DNA of 63,988 nucleotides, filler included, from Perkinsus olseni (Eukaryota): NCBI GenBank assembly GCA_013115125.1. It is 3 parts of 3 records of this genome, joined end to end, with 100 filler letters (N's around TTAATTAATTAA, not from the genome) between each part and the next. Parts side by side here need not be neighbours in the genome. Positions count along the whole stretch, not along the records: positions 1 to 22,476 come from JABANN010000538.1; positions 22,577 to 45,041 come from JABANN010000539.1; 1 more part is not named here. One strand, 5' to 3'. Shown piece by piece: positions 13,147 to 24,829 of this stretch (position 1 is its first letter; each line of letters starts with the position of its first letter). The notes under the pieces were generated by a model. It saw only the letters and a program-made list of their open reading frames with translations, ran no database searches and was not told where the DNA came from. The position numbers and the translations under genes were made by a program.

Positions 13147-13971
13147 GGAGGAATTGAGTTGATTTATTTGCTCGCAAATGGTTTGTGCGAAGTGTGAGAA
13201 GAAGTTGGCCAAGTTGGCGACGCCGGACGTCTTTCGGTCCACCACGGGAGAGGCTCATAAAGGTAAGGGAATCTTGAGGTCGACTTGCGAGCGTATCTTG
13301 CAGACCGGAAGGATGTGGGAGTTAATAAATTGATCAAAAAACATGATAAGTCTACTCATGTGTAAGTCGCCGGGATCGAACCTCTGCGGGATTATATGCA
13401 TCGGCTTATCAGATGCAAATCCTGCAAGAATAGCGTCACCAACCAAAACAAGTACTGCAACTACTGGTAAGCTCAGTGGCGTATCTTCTCCTCTTCCCTG
13501 CCGCTCGAAAGCGAATTTCCGAGAAAATTTTTCTCTCCGGCTTCTCAAGTATTCATTAATTTCTCTTGCGAGGTGCTTGCGCGCATTCAGGGTGTCCCGC
13601 TGAAAATAGTTTGATTCGGCGACAGTTTCATTCGATTGAGTACCATCGGGAACCCTCTAATTCCCATTTGTATGTGTAATAATTTTCCTTCTAATACCAC
13701 AAATACTGTTTTCCGCGAGAGACTCTGTAGATCGCCCGCACCGCGCTTTCACAGTTCACCGTCGCTCGTGTAAAATCTGAACTTGTTAAGAATCGTCGGT
13801 AAGAGTATCTTATGTTGACCCTGGTTTTTTACACCTCACAAAGATTCTCTTTTTCTCTTTCAGCGCCTACAAGAAGGGCAAGTGTGCAAGATGCGGTAAG
13901 AAAGTGGTTGACACAAGTTCACACAATATGTCAGCAGTATAACTCCAACACCAACAGCCGCCTTGCGTTAT

Positions 13972-14095
13972 CGTCACTGCGCCACGAAACTGCGTCACTG
14001 CGCCACGAAACTGCGTCACTGCGCCACAAAATTTCGTCACTGCGCCACGAAACTGCGTCACTGCGCCACGAAATTCTGTCACGCGCCAGGAAATT
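13972..14095 (+). repeat. 21-bp tandem repeat (CGTCACTGCGCCACGAAACTG), about 6 copies
   Basis: Directly visible units from 13972; the core GCGCCACGAAA is the dispersed TTTCGTGGCGC motif. Confidence 0.9.
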
Positions 14096-14145
14096 ACTTC
14101 CAACAAAACTCTCCTTTCCTTACACAGATTATTAATATTACACAA

Positions 14146-14967
14146 TCACACAGCAGCATCAACGACAACTGCAAAATGGTCGCTGCAAAACTTCGATTTT
14201 TCAACTTCTTCTCCGCAGTGAACAAAACCGTTTCTTACTCGTCCAATGGCAGCCGCGCTCGCCCAGGCGTAATCGATCCGATACAGAGGAGTATCTTCTT
14301 GCGTGTGCGCAGTTTTCCTCAGATCTCCGCAGCTTCGCAATACATCAACATAATCAGCCCGGAGAAGTCTCTCGGTAACTTCATCGCTCTCAAACGGCCA
14401 TCCAAAATTCTCATGCCGCTGCTTTAAATTGGACCACTCGCCAGTCGTGTAATCTTCGCTGGACAGTTCATTGAAATCGCCCATTATAAAATGGGGAGTT
14501 TCCGGGCAAAGACGTTCCCGAAGTTGTTCTATCAGACCGTCAACTTGCTTTACTCTCTCGCTTTCTCTCATGTGGTCAAGATGCGTACAGCAAACAGAAA
14601 AATCGTCAAAGTCAACCAACACGCCGTTTCTGATGATCTGGACAGCTTCACCGCGCCACAAAACCTTCGACCCTCCTTCCAGTGGAATGCGACACGCTGA
14701 TTTCACCGGTAGTCGAGTGATGACGGCGTTGCCAAATTCTGGATTTTTATTGGCGGTAGTGCTGAAGAAAAAACTTTTATATTCTTCGCCCAAATGACGA
14801 GTAAGTTGATCGAGTCTTCTGTCTTTAATAGACACTTCGTTAAGACAAAGCACGTCGATCGGCATCAACGACTTCAAGTAAGCGGCCAGCTGCGACGGCG
14901 ACCCTTTCCGGAAACCGAAAATGTTGTAGGCCACCAGACGAAGAACGCGAGGGTTCGATCGGGACAT
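14146..14967 (-). CDS. Endonuclease/exonuclease/phosphatase (EEP) family protein, intronless, 273 aa
   Basis: Motifs VAYNI, LCLNEV, GNAVITRLPV, CTHLDH, IMGDFN, RIDY and SDH appear in canonical order. ATG at 14967 is preceded by a tgcag acceptor-like site. Confidence 0.9.
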   Translation of the reverse strand: MSRSNPRVLRLVAYNIFGFRKGSPSQLAAYLKSLMPIDVLCLNEVSIKDRRLDQLTRHLGEEYKSFFFSTTANKNPEFGNAVITRLPVKSACRIPLEGGSKVLWRGEAVQIIRNGVLVDFDDFSVCCTHLDHMRESERVKQVDGLIEQLRERLCPETPHFIMGDFNELSSEDYTTGEWSNLKQRHENFGWPFESDEVTERLLRADYVDVLRSCGDLRKTAHTQEDTPLYRIDYAWASAAAIGRVRNGFVHCGEEVEKSKFCSDHFAVVVDAAV

Positions 14968-17769
14968 CGTGAAGGAAGGGAAAAACTGCAAAATTTGAAT
15001 TGTTCATGATGATGATATTTTTTTGTGAAGATATTTTGGCTTGTGCAAGGGTCAACCTAAGATACGTCTCACAATACGAACAGCGCAAAACTGTTGATTT
15101 GATCATCATTATCATAACAATTTTTATAATAATAACTCCACGGCAGAAAGGCATTTTTTTGTAATAAAGACAGATGATCATCATAATAATCAAAATATTT
15201 ATGAAATTCTGATTGACTAATTATCACAAAAATTAACGCAGTTGTGAAGCTGGACGACCCACATGTATTCATGTGTTGAACTTCTTCTCGCGGACGACTA
15301 CTCCGAAAACTATTGATAGTGTATGAAATTATTCTTTTTCAAAAATTCACGATGAGAATGCGAAAGGTCGTGAGAATCTTAGCATCCGTGTCACCCATGG
15401 TCAACGCAAGGCTGAAAGATACGCTATCAACAACATGATTAGTTTTAACATGAGAGTTCATTGGTGATTCAGATGAGGTCATCGGTGATGCCAAACTAAA
15501 TAAAACGAGAAATGTCACCAATAAACCCGCGGGAAAAAACCGGAAAACTTCGCGGAAAAAATTTCCAGAAATTTTCGAACATATTTCCAAAAAGTTCAAT
15601 AAATATTTTCCTAAAAAACTCTGCACATTTCATTTAAAAATGTGATAACGATCTTGACAAGAATTTTTCCGACTGTAATTTTCCAATGTTCAATTCGATG
15701 AGAAGGCCAAATTTTTATTTTATCGATTCTCACAGAATCGATCAACCGTCGGGATCTTCTTCTTGCGTTGAGATTGTTTACATCCCGGGCAAGGGCCTTC
15801 TCTTCAGCGGACCTGAAGGGAGTATCTTCGACATGCGTCACAAGCATGGTTCGACCTTCGGGTATTCGCTATCCTCTCTCGCAGTCCCCGCATGCGTTCC
15901 AGTCGACCTTCTGGTGACCAGTCGTAATTCCAGAAGCCGTCCAAGTTCTGAGTTGAGGAAATGCAAGATTGCAAGATTTCAAGTGCCCTACGTCGCGGCA
16001 CACTTCGCGTGGCCTGATGCTTTCGTAGAGTATCCGAGGTCGAATCTTGAGGTACGGCCGATTTTGATGCCACTGATGATAGATGTCATCTGACAATAAG
16101 AAAAGATACGCACATCCAACCTCGAAGATACGCATATCTAAGGTCGAAGCTAGGCTCATTCAGGCCCAAAAGATACGCTCGTTGCAGGCGCCTTGCAGAC
16201 CGCCTGTAAAATCAAATGAATATATATATTGAAAAATAGGCTCCATGTGAATGCAACCTTGAATTCACTTTGAACTCGTATAAAGCCGCCTGGATCAATC
16301 TCGCTCGCCCGGATGATCGATTTCGACCTGTGTCAAGATTCCTTCGCTTTCCTTTCCCCTCCTCCTGGGTGAATCGGAACATGCCAGTCGCACGGAATCC
16401 TCCATCATTCGCGCACTCGGAAGAATTTGGGTGATGGTATCTTAGCTTGCCTAATCAACCTCGCTTGAGCAAAAGATACCACTGGAAGCGATTTTACCGT
16501 ATGAAGTGGACATACTGCTGAAGGGGCCCGTGAGGTCTTCGGCATCTCGCGAATCGAAGGGTCGATAAGCAGCTCCCTTCGACAACCTAGGTCGACACGG
16601 AATAAAAAGATACCCCCAATTCATATGAATAATATCTTTTTACTTGTAATAAACCATGAGCTCAAAAGATACTCTGCATACTCATCAGTAATATATTTCT
16701 ATCTGCAACTAACTATCACGTCGAAGGATACTTATTGCGAGCTTAAGAATACGATCTTCGCTGCACGGCTAAGTTCTCCGACAATTTTCTCGTCGTGATG
16801 ACCTCACGCGGAAATAAACTGGTAACAGCGGAAATATTCAACCCACAACCCTCTCTCGACGGAAATTTCCGAAAGACTTCGTTATACACAAGTTTTTCCA
16901 ATAGCAAAAATCAGAAACGGGGCTCATCTTCATTACTATTGCGACGGGTCAACCTACTCCCTCCGGAAATTGTACAAGATACGAATCAATCCAAGGAAAC
17001 ACTGCAAGCGTATCTTGCACGATTCGCGCAACCCCCGCGTCAACCTCGGATACTCCAGCGTATCTTTTCCGTATACTACAGTTGGTATAACTCAGCCTCA
17101 CTCATCGACCTCGGAAGCGTGGATGCTGTCTTCGGCGGAAGAACCGCTGGGTTCCGACAGAAGGACATGAACAATAACAACACTGGAAAGCCGGAGGAAC
17201 GAGAAATTCGCCCTTGCAGTAAAATCTCAAAAAATTTAGGATTTTCCCCGCGATTTCCTTGATTACCGCCTAATTCCTATTGCAGCCAAACATAACCTGC
17301 GTAGTCGCTGTTACACAAAGTCGCGGGTTGACTTTTTCCTGTACGAACGAACCCGAAGAAAATGAAAATTGAATTTCTCGTCCGTGAAATTCCATGATCA
17401 ACCTAAGATACTCTTCGGCATCCCGGAGTTCAAAAACTCAACAACAGGTCAATAAAAACGATGGAATTTACTCGGCCTTTTTCTTTTCAGATTGAGCCGC
17501 TCGCATTCGAACCGCCTTCGATTGAAGGGCTAGCGTTACCTACGAGGAGGTCCCAGGTTCGATCCCCACAACCCGCTGTATTCTACACTATAAAGATGAT
17601 ACGGATCGCAGTCAGGTCGACGCGGGCGGGAAGTTCGAATGCTATGAAAAAGAGGAAAATTATCGAAGAGCGCGGCAAAACACCAACACGACCGAACAAA
17701 AAATTGGTGAAAAGTAAATATAAATTTTATCAAAAATCATCACAAGTTAACAATTCCGACCGAAATTAG

Positions 17770-18957
17770 TATCCGAATGTCCCCCAACGGAGCAAACGAA
17801 CTTGTAAGAGTGCGGGGAGATTCGACGCTTGTGAGGTGCGGGGTATCCTTCAAATCGCAAGCCAATGATGACGAAACCACTGCCAATCAAAACTATCATG
17901 ATTCTTCTCCCAACTCTTCGAGCTTTCAATAACCAATAACCGTGTCCACTCACGAAGATCATTACGGAGAAAGGAGGGTAAGTTTGCTGTTTCCACTTTC
18001 TTGTCCGACAACACGGCTTCAGTCGCAAAAACTACCGAATTTTCACGAAAAAAATCCCGGGGAAAATTCCTTAGTTTTTTTCGGCCTCGTCAATGCACTT
18101 CCCAAGCAATGTATATTCAATCAGATTACCCATAATCTTCCCTGTGCGTAAGATACCCTCCCCCTCCCTCAGTACTAACAGTTGTATTAATAATACTCCC
18201 ACTACCACCAATGACGTTATCACTACCGGGGCTCCAGCGAAGGCCCCGATGAAGAGACCGTTGGGGTCGAAGTAACTGATAACAGAAAGTGTCGGGTCGA
18301 TTTCTCAGAATTTTTCCCTTTCTTTCGATAGAAATGCGTCCAGCTAGCGGTTAATTTTGCGAACGTTCATGCTACATGGAATGGCGAATCTAAGGTTGGT
18401 CCTTGAAGGATATACATGGAAGCTAGGCTTGGCGAGGGGTTCAAGCGCTGGATATTACTTCTGTGAACTGAAGGCTGTCCAGTTGTTGCTTCCCCAGGCG
18501 TTGAGACTCTCAAGACCTACAAAAGGAACAGCCGAGAATCGAACCCGCGCCCTCTAGGTGGATACCAGAGAGTGCTAACCGCTAGGCTACTACATGCTCC
18601 TGCAATTGCGGCTATGGATCCGATACCGATTGCCAGGGTAGTGTTCTCGTAGTTGTTAGCGAGCACCGCAACCGCCAACAGAGCGATACAGCTCGGGAGG
18701 AATATCTGCCATACATCCTCATACCGTAACTTCCCCAACTCACGAATCATCTCACCCACCACCAGTCCATTCGCCAATCAATTGCTTCTACCATCGTCGA
18801 GGGGCCGGCCGACAGCAACGTGTCTGACCAAAAGCACTTTCGTGGCGCAGCTGTAATTTCGTTCTCTACCCGGGATCTCAATCCTCCCGCCATCAACTGC
18901 GGTGGTGTTAAGGGAGGCCCACAGCTCATTCAGTAACGAAGAAATTTCACTAGCCAT
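17770..18957 (-). CDS. Multi-exon hypothetical membrane protein
   Basis: ATG at 18957 (MASEISSLLNELW...), hydrophobic exon 18566-18777, intron 18517-18565. Confidence 0.4.
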
Positions 18958-19078
18958 TCTTGCGGGGAACAGACAGCGGAATGGAGAAAATCTTGCTCTC
19001 TTGACAACTCTCGCGAAACCTTAACGCTTTTATGATAAAGTTTTAGATCACTAGGTATACGAGTAAGAGGCGAGCGAG

Positions 19079-19500
19079 AAGTGTACGAAGATATGGGGTA
19101 AAACGTCCATGTAAGAATTTCCGAGATATTTGATCACAATCGCCAAATACGCGTGCAAAATTTTAATCGTTTGGAAGATTGATCATATCAAGTCTTCCAT
19201 AAAACCTAGCAGATTCTGGTTACTCATGAATATTACTTATCCACAGCAAGCTCTACGTGTACCATGACGACGCACTAAATGTCAGTGTAGTCTATCTAAA
19301 TCTACGCCAAACTCTTCCTTAAACCGTTCTACAAATTGGGATAAAACGGTACTGCGCAATTCCCTCCAACGATGTGGCGGGTTACAACGTTCAAACGCGT
19401 AAATTTTTCCGGCTCAAGGACTGATTGTTAAAACGTTCATCGAGATGTTCGGAGAAATCAACCCCAAATATCTCGGAATGTTTCCCATATTTTGTCACAA
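19079..19500. mobile_element. Possible degenerate MITE (imperfect inverted repeats)
   Basis: TTCCGAGATATTT (19119-19131) is the exact reverse complement of AAATATCTCGGAA (19466-19478); flanking ATATGGG/CCCATAT also inverted. AT-rich non-coding interior. Confidence 0.3.
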
Positions 19501-20809
19501 TTTTTTTACTGAAACTTCAGTAGTACAGATGACTTATAGTCGGAGTTGTAGCATGACTGATACTCCTTTAACTAATCGTGCTCATTCGTCCGACAACGAC
19601 GATAGTCTATACTATAATAACTCGACGGTCATCGTTTGTGTTCTTCGATATTCTCTGAATTCGTAAAGCCAGGCCGCACGAAACTGGGACCGTCTTGCCA
19701 TGATTCACATTATGTGATTCACACATCAACCCTACGAGTGAGATCGAGTTTGGCTCGGCCACTACGGTCCCCACTGTTTCCTATGGATCGCGCTTATCTG
19801 TAATCCTCTCAACTTATTCTTTCCAATACTGGGACGCGGCTCGGCCTGTTGGCCTCTCAGCCGCCTTCACGGCAACTGGTCCACCGAAACCGGACCCCGG
19901 CGCGATGAAGTCACGATGCGACCCACAGCAGCATCGTAATCTTAATGTTCCGTTTCAGTGCCGCAGCTAGGTGCTTGTCCCTCAATAGAATATTGCCAGA
20001 GGAAGGTACGCACTTGCACGAAGATTGATCATGCGTTAAAGCTCAGAGCGGGGCCGGTGCCACGGGAGGCAGTGAAAAGGAAGGTGAAGGAAATCCTTTT
20101 CCTCCCCTGACTCAGGGGCCCTGAGTCACAGTAGAGGCATACGCCTGAACTATCATCGAGCTTCTTACGCGAATAGCGCTGGCCGTTCCTTCCACTAACA
20201 AGCTTCCACACGCCACTGTGCGCATCAAGTTCACAGAGAAACCGGAGAACAGACGCTGTGGGAACAAAATAGCGGAAAGAACAGCCCAAAGATCGCACCT
20301 CAGAATCAAAGACCGCATCACATCGACTGTGCTATCAGCGGGACCTGGCCGCTTCCAGGGCGTCTCGAGTGACAAGGTACTTGCAGTTTAGCCTCGATAT
20401 CGTGAGCCTAGGCAGTTCGCACGGCCACACCAGCCTTTGAGTTACCGATGCTATCTTTGGAAGGTGTATACACCAGCTTCAGTGTGGTCTTCAGCCTGCT
20501 GCCCAGACGCCTCATCACGAGACGGTTTAACGCGCAGCCGGAGTCGCGATTGTCGGTCGATCAATCGCCTTCGTGATGGCGACAAGGTCGGCTTCAAGCC
20601 TCGCAACTTCATCCGACTAAATTCACCGCGACCCTCCCCATTGGAGCTCTTAAGGACGTATACTTACAACGTCGGTCCAATTGGGTCTTTCGAGAGAAGT
20701 TTCGATCTACGAGGAGCTGGTATAGCCCCTGTGCTCACTTCGCCCAATTTCAACTACACTCTCAATCGCAGTTTCGTTACTGGTGTGAACATGCGCAAAA
20801 GCGCGAACG

Positions 20810-21166
20810 AGCTACAGAACTCCGGAGCGAAGCGACGGGTTCTGCTAGCTTGTGTCAATAACTCGACTCGACTCAAAACTTATACCCAGGCTTCGCGGAC
20901 GTTAACCCATAGCCCTATACACGGCCCGCGTAAGGACCGCCACGCTCATGATGGGAAGATAAACTTATGATTCCAGCCGTAAGCTGCTTACGGTAAGCAT
21001 TTCGATTCCTCCAACCACGGGACTGTCACGCTCTGTCCTCCGTGCTGGCCTTTTCGATTGATCCCTCACGGAGATGCACTGTCTATTCCCCGAGCGCAGC
21101 GAGGGACATGGTCCCTCTGACTAAGAGCTAGAGAACCCCCGGAGCAAAGCGACGGGTTCTGCTAGT
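20810..21166 (+). mobile_element. Two Helitron-like 3' termini (hairpin followed by CTAG)
   Basis: CAGAACTCCGGAGCGAAGCGACGGGTTCTG-CTAG (20815-20848) and GAGAACCCCCGGAGCAAAGCGACGGGTTCTG-CTAG|T (21131-21166). Confidence 0.5.
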
Positions 21167-21736
21167 TTTTCTAAGGAGAGTGTAAGAAATCTAAGTGTGA
21201 GCGTCTTCGTTGACGATACTTTCCCGAGTCACTTAAGAACCCAAGTCAGAAGAGGTTGCAGCAGTCAAAGTCCTTGAGGGTTTCACCCACAAAAGAACTC
21301 AGCAGAGGAATCCACAGAACACTCGAAAGTCCTTGTAATCCAAGCTTAGCAAATCGATTGGTGAACGTAATACTAAGCTTCACAAGTAGACAGGGAGACA
21401 GTCCGAAGGGTACGCAAGCCCAAATCCAAGGATAACTCCAGCTTCAGGAAGAAGCTGAGGAAGCCCCAGGGAAGAGCTGAAGTAGTCCAAGCGAACTCCA
21501 TACGCAACGTAGTGGCGTACACAAAAGCGAGACGAGACGTGCCAAGGAACACTGTGAGAGTCCTCCAGGTGCACATTCCGTGGCGCGCGACACAATAGGG
21601 CGCAGCGAGTCCGCACGACACTAAGTGTAAGCGGAAGTTGTGGAGCGGTGCTTCGCTCCGCCTTCCGCGAAGCAGAATTCCTATGTCAGCTTGTCCCATT
21701 TAAGGCCTTCATCCTTGTGACAATTCCCGCAGATCT

Positions 21737-22476
21737 TGTGGCTAAGCTGTAGAAGCTTAGTACGCTATAATATGTATTAGACTATTGAGTAGATTCAAAC
21801 AATTGATTCCCATTGAGTCCTTTGGTTGGTACTACTACTAACTAAGGCCTTATCTGGTGGTATCTTGGAGTGGTTGAGTTATTCAGTTGGCGCGTGAGTT
21901 GGTTCACACACCTACTTCCTTACTATAAGGCTTATTTATATTTTTGTGGTTGAGTACGCCAATACCGACCACATATTTGGTAGCAGCTCCTTGTTGGGTT
22001 AAGCGTATCATTGTGAACATCGACAACTACAATGCCTGCTGAAAGTGGATATTCTACCCCTACGTCATCGGTACCCTCACCTCAGAAGCAAGACCTGGAT
22101 GTTGTTCGACAACAGGCAGGTATTGCCGCGAGTGAGGCTGGTTTGGAAGGTACTGCTCGGGAGTTGGCTATTAACCAAGCAGTTACCAATGCTGAGGCCT
22201 TTAATTCCTTATTGGACTATATTTCTGCTGGGATTAAGACCAGTTCTGGTGCCGAGAGTTCTAGTCAAGTTAGGCCTTCTGTTCGTCGAGAAGATGTCCG
22301 AGTCTCTATTCAGATGCCGGAAAGGTATACTGGGTCTACTGATTTGAGCTCTTGGCTCCGGCGGTACGAGAACACCGCCAACTCGGCGGGTTGGGATTCT
22401 CGTACCTAGGCACACTCGCAGCAAAGCCGCTAGACGTGCGATCTCGAGTTAGGCATTCATTGTGTTGCGATGGAGG
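21737..22476 (+). mobile_element. 5' end of an LTR retrotransposon (Ty3/Gypsy-like): LTR, PBS and truncated gag
   Basis: TGTGG (21737) ... CCACA (21973) terminal inverted repeat, then TGGTAGCAG (21978-21986), an initiator-Met-type PBS. ORF 22032-22409 contains the gag-like PERYTGSTDLSSWLRRYENTANSAGW. Runs into an assembly gap. Confidence 0.7.
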
Positions 22477-22576
22477 NNNNNNNNNNNNNNNNNNNNNNNN
22501 NNNNNNNNNNNNNNNNNNNNTTAATTAATTAANNNNNNNNNNNNNNNNNNNNNNNNNNNNNNNNNNNNNNNNNNNN
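22477..22576. other. Assembly gap with TTAATTAATTAA spacer
   Basis: 100-nt N run containing the artificial all-frame stop spacer. Confidence 0.98.
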
Positions 22577-22599
22577 AGATTAAGTAGATTTGTTGTTTT

Positions 22600-24450
22600 G
22601 CATGGCTGGGTGTATCATGTTTTGTGATAATTATACTCTTTCCGAAAAAAAAGTTATACTTCACTTCAGTGACAAAGTTGCACTTGGGAATGACATGTCA
22701 ATGACTTTTCCCATACTACCTCTTGTAATCGAAGCCGATGGTGGAAGTTTGAGCAGCAGTGGCGCAGTACGGCTAAGCTGTTTAATGAGGACACTCAAGC
22801 ATTGCGACGAGGGAGCTTCGAATCCCAGAGGGCCCTGGGGCACGTTTTTCGCTTTGTTCTAAATGTTTGGACATTGGCAGAAGAAGCTGTGGTAACTTCG
22901 CGGTGCTATGCGCTAATAAGGCCATGTGTGTAGTAAACGAGCTGCGTCCTTCGGCGGGTGTTGGGCTTGGGATACGCCCACCTCTGTTAAGCAATCGTAA
23001 GAGCGGTATAGGATTGAGGCGTGCGCGGAAGGAAAGCAAGATTTCATAAGAGTGCAAGATTTACCGATCATGCGCCAGCGACGCCGGCGTAACTGTGCGT
23101 GACAAGTATCTTCACTCCATGGACCTCAACCGTACTGCCAACGAGCTCCGAGTTAAGCACGAGAAATCTATCGAAGCTGCCCATCGGGAGCACGGGTACA
23201 AGTTAGATTTCTCAGCGTACACGCTCGGGCATGACCTGCAGTACTTGGGGCTCAATGGAAAGGTGATATGGGCCGGGCGAAGGGTCGTTGGATATCTTCT
23301 GTGCGTGTAAATTGGGGCGATTTGGGGCTTTTGTGGTACCGATGCACACTAGAAGCTCTCTCGATGTTTTAGTGCTCGAAAGGGACTTTCAGGTCGCATT
23401 TCGACCCATCGCCGTCCGAAGGGAGAGACCGTTAGAGACCGTGAACGTGCCGTACTTAAAGGGCATGTTACATGTTAAGACCTTTCTCGGAGGCACCGTC
23501 GCGGGTAGAAGACCATTGAGAAAAATAGAGACAAGTTTTCTGAGTAGACATTCTCATCGGAGATTGGTTCGCTGAACGAACTTCGTTCCCACCGGTCGGG
23601 CGCGAGAACCCTGGAATGCAGCGGGCATCGTGGGGATACACAAGAATCTCTGTGTCATCGACAGATTCAATACGCCAAGCCATACGCCAACGATTCCTCT
23701 AACATGCAAGCTGTGATGAATGCACCAGCATACTGGAGTAGGGTCTACTACCGGGGCAACATTAAAGATGTCGATAAAGAAACGTGATAAGAGGCGGTCG
23801 TATTGGGTCTGCCTCAACCTGGAAGTTCAGGCCGGATCCTGGGGCTAGTAAATTGGGAAAATCGCGGAGCGAAGCTGCTCTGAAGGAAGGTAGTAGGCTA
23901 GGGAGATCGGCCGTTTGAAGACTCTCTTCCCTGCAGCTGACGATTCTGGTGGTTACTGCGTTATCAAGGCGAGAATGAAGGACTTTGTACAGAGTTACAA
24001 TAAGCCTGCTCTGGTCTGGGCACCGACGAGCTCGAAGCACACGGGCGAACGCATGTAGTAGAGGGGAAGAGGGGCCGTGCGAGTTGGGAGCGATTGATTG
24101 TTCGTAATCATCAGATCCCAAGTTGACAACGGCAGACTGACCTTTCATAATACACTGAGTCATCTCAAAGTCACCACCTTTAACGACAAAGGCTCAGCTC
24201 TCGGTGCCCCGGGGTTGATTTCTTCGAGAAGCTGCGTTGATCTCTTCGCGGGTGGTCGCGGGGGAAGGTATTGCCAGGAAACCCACAGGTGAGAGCCACG
24301 TGCTTGCAAATATCTTTACAGACATTTCTCATCTGTTTTTATCATTGTGGGAATGGCCGTCGGGGTGGTGATGGTTGGGCGAATATAGAGGTGGGGGTGT
24401 CGGGCGTTCAGGTCACGTCCGTCAGAAGTTGCGCATATCTCGAGTCTTTA
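22600..24450 (-). CDS. Multi-exon hypothetical protein, structure unresolved
   Basis: Series of minus-strand ORF pieces (e.g. 23762-24163) bounded by GT/AG sites. Confidence 0.3.
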
Positions 24451-24549
24451 TTACCGGCGAGATCGGGACCTCATAAAGCCACTTGGCTGTAGTAGATGAT
24501 ACTCTGATGTTGGACTGTAGTGGTTTATGAGAATGGTTTTGAGCAACCA

Positions 24550-24622
24550 GCCCGTCTAGCTCAGTCGGTAGAGCGCAAGGCTCTTAACCTTGTGGTCGTG
24601 GGTTCGAGCCCCACGGTGGGTG
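24550..24622 (+). tRNA. tRNA-Lys(CTT)
   Basis: GCCCGTC TA GCTC AGTCGGTA GAGC G CAAGG CT CTT AA CCTTG TGGTC GTGGG TTCGAGC CCCAC GGTGGGT G: full 73-nt cloverleaf followed by T-rich sequence. G1:U72 wobble pair. Confidence 0.95.
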
Positions 24623-24829
24623 TTTAATTTACTTTTCTGCTATTTTGCCGCCACCTTGACATGCTTTTGCCCCCTACTCCGATGTTCGAGCCCACATAAG
24701 TCTTGCGTTGCCAGCATCCCGTGTACATTGACTGCTGAACAGTCACCTTTCCAATTTTAACCGCACGCGGTGGATTTTGTAGCCCGCAGCGAATAGCCCA
24801 ACGTAGCCATTATCTTTAATCTTAAACCT

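Noticed and set aside
13972-14095. CRISPR-like array
   Set aside because: Head-to-tail repeats with no unique spacers, no cas genes, eukaryotic context.
14950-14967. GGGTTCGATCGGG B-box-like string
   Set aside because: It overlaps the first codons of the EEP gene and lacks the CC end; not counted as an intronic cassette.
22521-22532. TTAATTAATTAA palindrome inside N runs (also at 45086-45097)
   Set aside because: Artificial contig spacer with stops in all frames; not biological.
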